This document shows positions 48,900-57,933 of a stretch of 64,000 nt of DNA, in pieces. The DNA comes from a bacterium. GTDB lineage: Bacteria > RBG-13-61-14 > DATKZS01. A model generated the notes under the pieces. That model was not told where the DNA came from, ran no database searches, and saw nothing but the letters and a program-made list of their open reading frames with translations. The stretch is taken from contig CAXXFL010000001.1 of the NCBI GenBank assembly GCA_963674965.2, positions 480,001-544,000 of the forward strand, in the 5' to 3' direction. The position numbers were made by a program, and so were the translations under genes. How positions within the stretch are numbered: position 1 is the stretch's first letter; each line of letters begins with the position of its first letter.

Positions 48900-49373
48900 A
48901 TGTCTAAGTATTTTGACCTGAGCGGGGCGAGCGATCCCCTGGACCGGACCAAGGGGTTCGTGCCCAGACGAAACCCCGACTCGGCTGGACGGGAAAACCC
49001 TCAGGGAAAACTTAAAAAAGTCCTGATCGTCGAGGATTCCCAGATACAGGCCGAGATGTACAGGCTCGTGTTCGCGACGGACAAGTGCAAAATCATATTC
49101 GCGGAAAACGGAAAAGAGGCCCTCGAGGTCCTCACCCGCGAACTCAACGTCGATCTTATCATTACCGACATTAACATGCCGGAAATGAACGGGATCGACT
49201 TCTTGACCATGGTCAGGAGGACCGGCTTGGCCAAATGCCCCATCATCGTCACCAGCACGCCGGAAAACAAGGACCTGCTCGAAAAGGCCGTCGAGTCCGG
49301 GGCCTCCTCGTATATGGTCAAGCCATGGGACTTAAGGGAGCTTCGAGCTCTGGTTAAAAGACTGGTCGGCTGA
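48900..49373 (+). CDS. single-domain response regulator with N-terminal extension
   Basis: VLIVEDS, ITDINMPEMNG, VTS, YMVKPW; 2 bp after receptor stop. Confidence 0.9.
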   Translation: MSKYFDLSGASDPLDRTKGFVPRRNPDSAGRENPQGKLKKVLIVEDSQIQAEMYRLVFATDKCKIIFAENGKEALEVLTRELNVDLIITDINMPEMNGIDFLTMVRRTGLAKCPIIVTSTPENKDLLEKAVESGASSYMVKPWDLRELRALVKRLVG

Positions 49374-49660
49374 AAAAATCTGGACGAGACTATGAAGTCC
49401 CCCTCCCGAGCGCCGTTCATTTTCGCGCCGATCGGGCGAAAAATCCTTTCGCGCGGTCGAAAGCAAGTCGCCCCCCGCTCGCTATATCAAAATAGGTAAA
49501 TTCATTTCCCGATTCTTCCAAATTTGAATAGTAGTCACATCGGTATATCCGGTTCCGTCCGCAATGAAACTGATTGTCTTTTGCATTTTCTATCATTACG
49601 GCGAGCGACGCTGGGGGAATTTTTTCGCGCGGACATAGGACGCCTTGATTATAAAGCGCT

Positions 49661-50179
49661 CTAGTAAAGCGACGTCTCCCAGGTGGCCGGGTCCGGTCCG
49701 TTATTGAAAAGGTTGCAATTGGAGATGGCGTTGGCTCTGGCGCTGGCCGTCAGCGTGCCCGTAGCCGATGTGTTTGAGGTATATTTCCCCTCGAAAGACC
49801 CGACTCCCACGCTTCCACATGTGCCTCCCGTCTCGGTCAGGGAGCCTTGAATATTCTTATCGGTCAGCGTTCCCGTTATGATAAAGGACCTCTCTATCCA
49901 AACCCCGCCTCCCGGAAAAGATATCTCCAAAGGTATGGTTATAGTCCCGGAGACGTTACCCTGGTCGTCAACCGTAAAGTTAAAGTTAGCGTCATCCGTA
50001 AATGGCGTATCTCTCCAGATAAAATGCACCGTCCCGGAATATGAGCCGGGTTGAGGCGTGATCTGAACTCCATTGTCTCCGCCGCTATCTCCTCCATCAT
50101 CCCCGCAACCCAATGCCAGGAAACAAACGCAAAACGCAAGGAACAAGAAAGACGCAAACCGTGCCGTGATAATTCTCAT
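49661..50179 (-). CDS. hypothetical lipoprotein
   Basis: Lipobox LALGC then GDDGGDSGG linker, beta-rich Thr/Gly domain; AT-richer. Confidence 0.75.
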   Translation of the reverse strand: MRIITARFASFLFLAFCVCFLALGCGDDGGDSGGDNGVQITPQPGSYSGTVHFIWRDTPFTDDANFNFTVDDQGNVSGTITIPLEISFPGGGVWIERSFIITGTLTDKNIQGSLTETGGTCGSVGVGSFEGKYTSNTSATGTLTASARANAISNCNLFNNGPDPATWETSLY

Positions 50180-50367
50180 CGCCTCCACTCCTTTTGGTTA
50201 TGACCGTTATTTGCAGAAATTTTTCAATTCATTTGGGATTATTGCCCTCTATATTTCTTGGGAACCCAGGTAAAAAGAAATTCAAGCATAGGTGGCGTTA
50301 CTTGTCAATACAAATCACTATCAACAGAGCCTCTTGCAAAATTCCCGCTTTGGAGTGCGGCGGCTCG

Positions 50368-51815
50368 TGTACAGACCGGAGACATGCTTCACAAGTGTTC
50401 GGGCACATAGGTAACATATTTCCTCGCTTGCTCGCGCTCCTGCTATTGACCTATTTTTCCTCGACCTAAGTTTATCTATGCATCGATCACGTGGCCAGTC
50501 AAGGGCGGCGCAGCCGTCCCGCAGGGATTTACCCTTGACGGGCCTCGTGGAGATGCTATCGTCCTCATGGTCGAGAAAACCTTTTATCACGTTTGCCTCC
50601 AGCTATGGTCTCGCAGATCGACGACCATGATCCGTTGGCGGCAGTAATAAACCTCGATCACGCCGTCCACTTGTGTATTTCGCAAGCCGACCTTTTCACC
50701 AACGAAGGCCCGCCCCACCGGATAAAACTCGCCTTTGATTCTAACCGCCCCGCCCGGGTTCACCTTGCAAGTCGGCCAATCATCCCGATACCAGACTTCG
50801 GGCAGAGTCTCGGGATAGGCAAAGGGGCTCATCGCGTAACGGCTGGCCGGCGTGTTCATGTCCAGGGCCTCGTGGGGACGTTCATGGTTATAGCAGTCGC
50901 GAAAACGGTCGAAGGCTTTCTGACAGTCGTCCAGGTCGCCGAAGTTGCGTCCCCTTATCGCCTCCTCCTTAAGGGTCCGGTTGAACCGCTCGTTCTTGCC
51001 CTGGGTCTGGGGATGAAAGGGACGGCCGTGGCTGATGCCGACGCCGAGCCTGATCAGCCAGGCGCTCATGTAGTTGTAACGCGAGTTCGGCGCGCAGAAG
51101 CTCGATCCGTTGTCGGTAAGTATGCGGCTGGGCAGGCCGTAGCGCATGAAGACCGGCGCCAGGCTTGCCCGCACGGTGTCCGCCCGTTCGTTGGAGCAGG
51201 CGGTGACCGTCAACGCGAACCTGGAGTGGTCGTCCACCACGGTGAGAGGGTGACAGGAACCGGCCGCCGTCGGAAAATGTCCCTTGAAATCCATCTGCCA
51301 CAACTGGTTGGGAGCCTCTCGTTCGAAACGCTTCATGGGACCGCGAGCCTTGCGCTGGGCGTCCCGCAGCCTGCCGTTGCGGTCGAGGATCGCCGTGATC
51401 GTGCTCGGCCTTGGCACTTCGTCGTGACCAAGATCGATCAGCCGCCGCTCGATTTTGCGCCCTCCCCAGGTCGGATGCTCGTCGCGAACCGAAAGCACCA
51501 ACTGCTCGACCTCCGGGCAAACACGCTGGGGAGATCGCCTGGGACGGCGGGACCTGTCACATGCCCAGTCCTCTTCACCGCTTTGCCCACGGCTGATCCA
51601 CTTGTAGCCGGTGCGGCGACTGATACCGAATCGACGGCATAACTCGCTTATGTTGGAACCTGGCTGCATCGCTAAATAAACAAAATCCTTCCTCTGAGAC
51701 ACTTCGGTAACCTCATTCCATGGCATCTTTCTTCTCCTGTATTGACATACAGAAGAATGTACCAACTGTTACCCATGTCTCCGAACACCTGTTACCCATG
51801 TCTCCGGTCTGTACA
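50368..51815 (-). mobile_element. IS481-family insertion sequence (1448 bp)
   Basis: Perfect 19-bp terminal IR tgtacagaccggagacatg; 4-bp target duplication CTCG (50364-50367, 51816-51819); empty site visible in second MITE copy. Confidence 0.95.
50587..51726 (-). CDS. IS481-family DDE transposase
   Basis: MPWNEV, ELCRRFGISRRTGYKW HTH; WQMDFKG, TDNGS, QGKNERFNRTLKEE. Confidence 0.95.
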   Translation of the reverse strand: MPWNEVTEVSQRKDFVYLAMQPGSNISELCRRFGISRRTGYKWISRGQSGEEDWACDRSRRPRRSPQRVCPEVEQLVLSVRDEHPTWGGRKIERRLIDLGHDEVPRPSTITAILDRNGRLRDAQRKARGPMKRFEREAPNQLWQMDFKGHFPTAAGSCHPLTVVDDHSRFALTVTACSNERADTVRASLAPVFMRYGLPSRILTDNGSSFCAPNSRYNYMSAWLIRLGVGISHGRPFHPQTQGKNERFNRTLKEEAIRGRNFGDLDDCQKAFDRFRDCYNHERPHEALDMNTPASRYAMSPFAYPETLPEVWYRDDWPTCKVNPGGAVRIKGEFYPVGRAFVGEKVGLRNTQVDGVIEVYYCRQRIMVVDLRDHSWRQT

Positions 51816-52132
51816 CTCGACGCCGCTTTTCTTCCGAGCGGCTTGACGTGAGGCAAGCCGGCGTATTATTAGGCCTTGTCAAGCCAAGGCCATCGAAAGC
51901 GGTCTCAAGCGACCGCACTCCAAAGCGGCTATGCCGCAAAGAAAAGGACTTTTGCACAAAGCTCAACGTATAAATTATTCGACACAAAACGAAAATGACT
52001 TGGACCAGGTCTTTTTTACCGCTCCTGAATAAGCCCAAATTTTCTATTTCGCGTGATAAGCGAGGGATTCTATAACGCTTGTAAACGTCACCCCTCGAAG
52101 GAATTTCAAGTGACTCCACGAAAAAACCTTTT

Positions 52133-53545
52133 TCAGGATTTCCAGGTGGCGGATATCTTGAGGAAACGGATGAACAGCTCGGGGAGTTGGGCCTTATTGG
52201 GAAAGAGCCTCGCGATGCGCCATACGCGCCAAGGGCTAAGATAAAAACGCAAAAACGTCCGCTGGACCTTCTTCTTCAATACCGCGGCCGGCACCTCGGA
52301 CAGGTCGGTGGCGGGATCGAAATAATGCATGGCCTCGGCGTCCTCCTCGGTCTCGACGGGAGTAAGACCCATCTCGCGGGCCTGCTCGTATAGCTCGGTC
52401 CCCTTAAAGGGCGTGACGAACCAGAAGTTGGCCGTGTGAAGTCTGGACTCGAGCGCGTAGTCGAGGGTCAGGTCGATCTCGGCCTCGGTCTCGCCCGGGA
52501 AACCGACCATGAAAAAGCCGTCCACCATAATATCGAGACGGTCGGTCCACTCGATCACTTTTTTCAGCTTCTCGAGCTGCACGTGTTTCTTGATGAACTT
52601 CTGAAGGCGGGGAGAAGCCGTTTCCACCGCGTAGGTGATACGGTAGGTCCCGGCTTTCTTCAGCTTGCCCAAAAGCTCGGGCGTCATGATGTCGCCCCTG
52701 ATTCCGTTGGGGAAGGCGATGGTGAAATCCAGGCCCCTCTCGGCCACTCCATCGCAGATATCCACCAGTCTTTTCTTTTTCAGGTTGAAGCAGTCGTCCA
52801 CGAACAGGATTTCCCTCACCCCGAACCTGTCCCTTAGCTCGGCCATGTCGCTCAGCACCTTGTCCGCGCTCTGGGCCCGAAACTTCGTGCCGAAAATACG
52901 GTGGCAATAGGTGCACCGGTAGGGACAGGAGCGCGAGGTGGCCAGGCTGGCGTATTGCTTCCTGGCGTAGGTCGTGCCGAAGCGGGGCAGGTCCCAGTAG
53001 GCCTCGAGGTCGATGAGATCGTAGGCGGGGAGGGGAATCGCGTCCAGGTCCACCGTCTCCTCGCGCGGCTTGTTGACGACTATCTCGCCGCCGCTTTTAT
53101 ACCCGAGCCCCTCGATTTCCCCGGGCGACCCCTGGCCGGCGACGACGCGCTCGATCAGCTCGAGGGTCGTTATCTCCCCTTCCCCCTTGACCACGTAGTC
53201 CAGGTTGGGATCGAGCAGGGCCTTGTCGGGGGCCGTGCTGGCGTGAGGTCCTCCCGCGACGACGGGTACTTCCAGCTTAAGGCGCTTTACGGCCGCGCTT
53301 ACGTCGGCCATGTCCCTGGCCTCGTAGCTCATGGCCGATAGTCCGACCAGGTCGGGCTCGAACTCGAGCGCCTCTTTGGCCACGCTTTGGGCGGACATGT
53401 CGCGCTGGAGCATGTCGATAATCTTGATTTCCAGCCCGGGTACCCGGTCGCGAAGAAAAGCGGCCAGGCTCATGACCCCGAGCGGAGGCGCGTAATGCTG
53501 TCTAACCGACCTGTAACCGGCCTTGACGAGGACTATTCTGGCCAT
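52133..53545 (-). CDS. B12-binding radical SAM protein (class B methyltransferase-like)
   Basis: PPLG, PDLVGLS, GGPHA, GEGE; SCPYRCTYC; FMVGFPGET. Confidence 0.92.
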   Translation of the reverse strand: MARIVLVKAGYRSVRQHYAPPLGVMSLAAFLRDRVPGLEIKIIDMLQRDMSAQSVAKEALEFEPDLVGLSAMSYEARDMADVSAAVKRLKLEVPVVAGGPHASTAPDKALLDPNLDYVVKGEGEITTLELIERVVAGQGSPGEIEGLGYKSGGEIVVNKPREETVDLDAIPLPAYDLIDLEAYWDLPRFGTTYARKQYASLATSRSCPYRCTYCHRIFGTKFRAQSADKVLSDMAELRDRFGVREILFVDDCFNLKKKRLVDICDGVAERGLDFTIAFPNGIRGDIMTPELLGKLKKAGTYRITYAVETASPRLQKFIKKHVQLEKLKKVIEWTDRLDIMVDGFFMVGFPGETEAEIDLTLDYALESRLHTANFWFVTPFKGTELYEQAREMGLTPVETEEDAEAMHYFDPATDLSEVPAAVLKKKVQRTFLRFYLSPWRVWRIARLFPNKAQLPELFIRFLKISATWKS

Positions 53546-53560
53546 GGTGGGCGGGCTTTC

Positions 53561-55441
53561 CTATTTCTTTCCCTTGCCGATGGGCTTTCTCAGGGCCTGC
53601 CAAATCCGCTTGAAGAACCCCGGTTTTTCCGGCCCTTTCTTTGACAGGTCCGGAGGCGGGGGAGTGGCCGGGGCGGACGTCTTGGCCTGGGCGGACGCCG
53701 GGGGCACGTTAAAGGACAGGTCGCCCGCGCTATCCTCGAAATTGAGGGACGGTACCTTCTTGGCTGGAGGCGTCGCGGCGCCGGCGGCCTGTTTGGGAGC
53801 GGCCTTGGGCGGCGGGGTGGGAGCGGATATCTTTTTCTCCCGCGTGACCGTCGAGCCGATGACCTTTTGAACTTCCTTTTTCGGCGCCGGCTTCTTGGGC
53901 TGGATCAGGTCCTTTTTAAAGGTCTTCTGCATGGTGCTCGAGACCTGGAGCGTGCCGCTCTGCTCGACGCCGGTGTCCGGGTCCCGGGCCGTGACCTGGA
54001 GGATGCCCTCCATGTTGATGGTGAAAATGACCTCGACCTTGGCCTGGCCCTTGGCCGCCGGATGGATGCCCCGGAACACGAAGTCCCCGATGATCTCGCT
54101 TTTTGCCACCTGGTCCGTGTCTCCCTGCACCACCTTTATCTTGAGGGAGTCCTGGTTGTCACGCGAGGTGGTGAACACCTTCATCTTCTGGTTGGGGACC
54201 GGAGTGTTCCGTTTAAACACGTGCAGGACTTTTCCGCTTGGAAGACCGATGCCGATCCCGATGGGAAGAACGTCCAACAGCTGGATGTCGGACTGGTGGT
54301 TGACGATCGAGTCGGCCATCACCGCCGCGCCCAGGGCCACGGCCTCGTCGGGATGAACGTTCTTGGAGGGCTGCTTGCCGAAGAACTCCTCGACCCGCCG
54401 CGCCACGAGGGGAACGCGGGTCGAGCCTCCAACCAGCAGCACCGAGTCGATCTGGTCACTGGTCCAGCCCGAGTCGTCGATCACGTGCCGGGTCACCTCG
54501 AGCGTGTGATCGATAAGCGGGCCCAGCATGGCCTCGAACTGGTCGCGCGTCACCGTCACGTCCAGGTTGAGAGGGCCCTCCGGCCCCATGGCGATATATG
54601 GAATATGTAGCCTGGCCTCGCTCCGGGTCGAGAGGTCTATCTTGGCCCGCTCGCAGGCGTCCTTCAGCCGCTGGTGGCTCATGGGGTCCTTGGCCAGGTT
54701 GACGCCGTGGGCTTTCTCGAACTCGGCCACCACGTGCTCGACCAGCTTGTTGTCGAAGTCGACGCCGCCCAAAAAGGTGTTGCCGCCGGTGGCCTTGACC
54801 TCGAAGACGTTGTCCCGGAGCTCGAGGATGGAAACGTCGAAGGTCCCGCCGCCAAGATCGAATATGGCCACGCGCTGCTTGAGTCCCTTCCCGTAGCCGT
54901 AGGCCAGGGCCGCCGCCGTGGGCTCGTTGATGATCCGGAGCACCTCGAGTTGCGCGATGCGGCCGGCCTCCCGAACCGCCTGGCGCTGGCGGTCGTTGAA
55001 ATAAGCGGGCACCGTGACCACGGCCTGAGTGATCTCCTGCCCGAGCATGTCCTGGGCCGTGTTACGGATATGATCGAGGATCATGGCCTGGATTTCCTCG
55101 AGGGCGTACGAGTCCTTGCGGAGCCGGATCGAGACGTCGTCCGACTCGCCCTCCTCGATCTTGTATCTTACGTGTTTCTCGATCTCGTCGATTATGTTCG
55201 AATGGATGTCGCGGCCCACCAGCCGCTTCGAGCCGAAGACCGTGTTGATGGGGTTGATCTCGCTCTGGCGCTTGGCCGCCTGTCCCACCAGCCTGTTGCC
55301 CTTTTCGTCCACGGCCACGATGGATGGAATGGTGTAGCTGCCGCCGGTGTCCGATATGACTCGCGGCTTGCCATTTTCCACTATCGCGCAGACCGAGTAG
55401 GTGGTACCCAGATCTATTCCGACGACGGCGCCCTCGCTCAT
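53561..55441 (-). CDS. Hsp70/DnaK-family protein lacking helical lid, with Pro/Lys-rich tail
   Basis: GIDLGTTYS, TVPAYFND, NEPTAAALAYG, DLGGGTFDVS, LVGGSTRVP, linker QLLDVLP. Confidence 0.92.
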   Translation of the reverse strand: MSEGAVVGIDLGTTYSVCAIVENGKPRVISDTGGSYTIPSIVAVDEKGNRLVGQAAKRQSEINPINTVFGSKRLVGRDIHSNIIDEIEKHVRYKIEEGESDDVSIRLRKDSYALEEIQAMILDHIRNTAQDMLGQEITQAVVTVPAYFNDRQRQAVREAGRIAQLEVLRIINEPTAAALAYGYGKGLKQRVAIFDLGGGTFDVSILELRDNVFEVKATGGNTFLGGVDFDNKLVEHVVAEFEKAHGVNLAKDPMSHQRLKDACERAKIDLSTRSEARLHIPYIAMGPEGPLNLDVTVTRDQFEAMLGPLIDHTLEVTRHVIDDSGWTSDQIDSVLLVGGSTRVPLVARRVEEFFGKQPSKNVHPDEAVALGAAVMADSIVNHQSDIQLLDVLPIGIGIGLPSGKVLHVFKRNTPVPNQKMKVFTTSRDNQDSLKIKVVQGDTDQVAKSEIIGDFVFRGIHPAAKGQAKVEVIFTINMEGILQVTARDPDTGVEQSGTLQVSSTMQKTFKKDLIQPKKPAPKKEVQKVIGSTVTREKKISAPTPPPKAAPKQAAGAATPPAKKVPSLNFEDSAGDLSFNVPPASAQAKTSAPATPPPPDLSKKGPEKPGFFKRIWQALRKPIGKGKK

Positions 55442-55623
55442 ATTGTTAAGACTCTTACCTCTCCGTAAAGATTTTTAATTGTAGCAGGCGGTTATGATCC
55501 TTGTCAAAACCATCAAGCCATGAGGCTTTCTATATAGTATAGCTGAATTGTCCCGTTTTTTTAATAAAGTTTTAATCTATTTTATAGAGGGCATGAAGTC
55601 AAGTAAAGTCCAAGCCGATGATA

Positions 55624-55809
55624 GAGCCTCTTGCAAAATTCCCGCTTTGGAGTGCGGCGGCTCGACGCCGCTTTTCTTCCGAGCGGCTTGACGCGAGGCA
55701 AGCCGGTGTATTAATAGGCCTTGTCAAGCCAAGGCCCTCGAAAGCGGTCTCAAGCGACCGCACTCCAAAGCGGCTATGCCGCAAAGAAAAGGACTTTTGC
55801 ATGAAGCTC
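55624..55809. mobile_element. 186-bp MITE-like/REPIN-like element copy 2 (intact)
   Basis: Terminal IRs gagcctcttgcaaaa / ttttgcatgaagctc; 4-bp direct repeat GATA on both sides; internal inverted pair ccgctttggagtgcgg / ccgcactccaaagcgg. Confidence 0.9.
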
Positions 55810-55821
55810 GATAGATAAAAC

Positions 55822-55851
55822 AAGGCCCCGGGGAAAAACCGCCGGGGCCTT
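55822..55851. terminator. terminator after atpE
   Basis: aaggccccgg...ccggggcctt hairpin with T/A-rich flanks. Confidence 0.75.
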
Positions 55852-55872
55852 GATTTTTGGTTGATGTTAAAG

Positions 55873-56202
55873 TTACGGAGACCACTTCGTAAGGATCATG
55901 ATCTCGACGACCAGCGAGTAGATGACCAGGGACTCGATAAGGACGAGACCCAAAATCATGGGAACGAACATCTTATCGGCCGCGCCGGGGTTTCTGGCGA
56001 TACCCTCGAGCGCCGACGAGGCGGTACGACCCTGCGCGATGGCGCCGCCCAGCGAGGCGATAGCCATGCCGAGGGCCGCCGCGAAGAGGGCGTAATCCAT
56101 GAATTTGCTGATGTTGCTTCCGCCGTCCTCGGCGAGAGCGTTTCCGCCGACCAGAAGGACCATAAGGGCCAGCGACATTACCGCGAAACGTTTCATTTTC
56201 AT
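55873..56202 (-). CDS. atpE: F0 ATP synthase subunit c
   Basis: GGAIAQG, GIARNP, LIESLVIY; N-terminal leader. Confidence 0.96.
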   Translation of the reverse strand: MKMKRFAVMSLALMVLLVGGNALAEDGGSNISKFMDYALFAAALGMAIASLGGAIAQGRTASSALEGIARNPGAADKMFVPMILGLVLIESLVIYSLVVEIMILTKWSP

Positions 56203-56297
56203 TTACTTCTACTCCTTTCCTTTTTTCACTCTTTTTCGATTTTTCGCTCGATTGTATTTTTTGCCGGGGCTGGAGCTATGCCCCCAACGCTAATAAC

Positions 56298-57053
56298 CTA
56301 GTGTTCCTCGCCCTCCTCGTGGTGAGTGGCGAGAGCGAAGTAGATGGTGGCCAAGATGGCGAAGATGAAGGCCTGGAGAACGCAGACGATGATCCCGAGG
56401 CCCGTGAAGAAGGCCGGCACGAGGGGGGCCACCAGCATGAGGAAAATGCCCACGACAGTGTGGTCGGCCGTCATGTTGGCCATGAGTCGGATGGTGAGGC
56501 TGAGCACCCTGGCCGCGTGTCCGATAAGCTCGATGACGAAGTAAAGGGGCATCATGATAATAAGGACTATGTTCGGCGGCCAGGACGGGCTGAGGAAGTG
56601 CTTGATGTATCCAAGACCGTGGGCCTGTATACCGTAGATATGCGTCGCGAAGAAGACCACCAGGGCCATGGAGACCGTGATCGAGGCCTTGTCCGTCCCG
56701 GGCGCGAAGAAGGGCACCAGACCCAAAAGGTTGGCGAAGAGTATATAGAACCAGAGCCCGCAGACGATGGGAACGTACTTTTTATAACCGTGGCCGATGA
56801 TGTCCTCCATGAGCTTCATCATGAACTCCATCAGGGCCTCGAAGAGGTTGCGCACCGAGAAGCCGTCGTCGGGCAGAACGTCTTCGCCCTTGCCCACTAT
56901 CTTCGACCTGACCGCCAGCACGAGAAGGAAAAGGATCAGGGCGGAACAGCAGGCGTGAAACATTGGAATGTACTGGAAGTGCGCGGCTACAAAGCCGGCT
57001 TCTTCATGCGCGGGACCGAACAGCAGGGTGGCCCAGGTAAATCCGTGCTCCAT
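56298..57053 (-). CDS. atpB: F0 ATP synthase subunit a
   Basis: ILFANLLGLVP, ELIGHAARVLSLTIRLMANM, LQAFIFAIL. Confidence 0.96.
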   Translation of the reverse strand: MEHGFTWATLLFGPAHEEAGFVAAHFQYIPMFHACCSALILFLLVLAVRSKIVGKGEDVLPDDGFSVRNLFEALMEFMMKLMEDIIGHGYKKYVPIVCGLWFYILFANLLGLVPFFAPGTDKASITVSMALVVFFATHIYGIQAHGLGYIKHFLSPSWPPNIVLIIMMPLYFVIELIGHAARVLSLTIRLMANMTADHTVVGIFLMLVAPLVPAFFTGLGIIVCVLQAFIFAILATIYFALATHHEEGEEH

Positions 57054-57081
57054 ACTAATTACTCCTTGCCTGAAATTACAT

Positions 57082-57450
57082 CTAATCGTCGCGGTTTTTT
57101 ATCGCCTCGCGGTGGCCCAAAAGGCCCCCGATAAGCGCCGCGGCCATTATACTTGAAAGACCGATGATAAAAGGTATCGGGGCGACCAACTTAAGAGCGA
57201 CCAGCGCGATAACGGCGGCGTAAAGAAACAGGACCTTGAGCGTCAGGTTGGCCGTGAATCCTTTCTTCGAGCTTGCCCCGGTAATTAAGCTCCTTATTAT
57301 ACGCGAAAGCCACAAGAAATTCAAATACACCAAAACGCCGCCCATAAGTACCCCGGCGACGAACTTTACGGCCGGGTCGAAACCCGACCTTAAATACTCG
57401 ACCGCCCCGCCGGCGACGCCCACCGCCATCGAGTAGACAAGGACGCTCAC
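57082..57450 (-). CDS. atpI: ATP synthase protein I
   Basis: Four-TM ORF between atpZ and atpB; GG..VYLNFLWL, FIIGLS; start uncertain. Confidence 0.75.
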   Translation of the reverse strand: MSVLVYSMAVGVAGGAVEYLRSGFDPAVKFVAGVLMGGVLVYLNFLWLSRIIRSLITGASSKKGFTANLTLKVLFLYAAVIALVALKLVAPIPFIIGLSSIMAAALIGGLLGHREAIKNRDD

Positions 57451-57491
57451 GGCGACGTATCTTACGATCCGTTCACGCTCGGGTCCAATCT

Positions 57492-57758
57492 CTACCGCGG
57501 CTCATCCTCCTTGTCCATGGTCTTTTCGCGAAGTTCTTTGGCCGCGCGAAAGAAAGCCCTCGCCCCGGCCGCGATCCCGCAGAAAAGAAAGAACAACGTA
57601 AACCAGGGGCTGCTCAAGCCGTCGAAAACCTTCATGTCAACGTACCAGCCGATCCCAACCCCGATAAGGACCGCGATGCCCATCTCGAGGCCAACGCTCC
57701 CGTACTGGAGCAGCTCGAAATATTGCTTGCGGTAGCTCGATTTTCCTTTCTTTTCCAA
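57492..57758 (-). CDS. atpZ: AtpZ/AtpI-family (ATPase gene 1) protein
   Basis: VGLEMGIAVLIGVGIGWYVD..SPWFTLFFLFCGIAAG; TTG start with AGGAGG. Confidence 0.85.
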   Translation of the reverse strand: MEKKGKSSYRKQYFELLQYGSVGLEMGIAVLIGVGIGWYVDMKVFDGLSSPWFTLFFLFCGIAAGARAFFRAAKELREKTMDKEDEPR

Positions 57759-57933
57759 CGGCTCCCTCCTTGGCCCGGAACCGCCCCGGAAAACCGTAAA
57801 CGCTGGGCCAAGCTTCGCGTAAGAGTCTATTTTTCTAACATGGAAGGCGGCCCCTGTCAACAAAAGCGCGGCCGAATATGCGCCCCGTTTTAATATTATC
57901 CGTTCACTATCGGGCGGTTATAAAAAGTAAAAG

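Larger units (their letters stand above)
50327..51964. mobile_element. 186-bp MITE-like/REPIN-like element copy 1, split by IS481 (halves 50327-50367 and 51820-51964)
   Basis: Joined halves match 55624-55809 almost exactly; terminal IRs gagcctcttgcaaaa / ttttgcacaaagctc; flanks AACA/AACG. Confidence 0.88.

Noticed and set aside
55873-56202. Na+-specific c-ring (Gln...ES..Y)
   Set aside because: Lacks the Pro and Thr of the full Na+ signature; ion specificity cannot be called.
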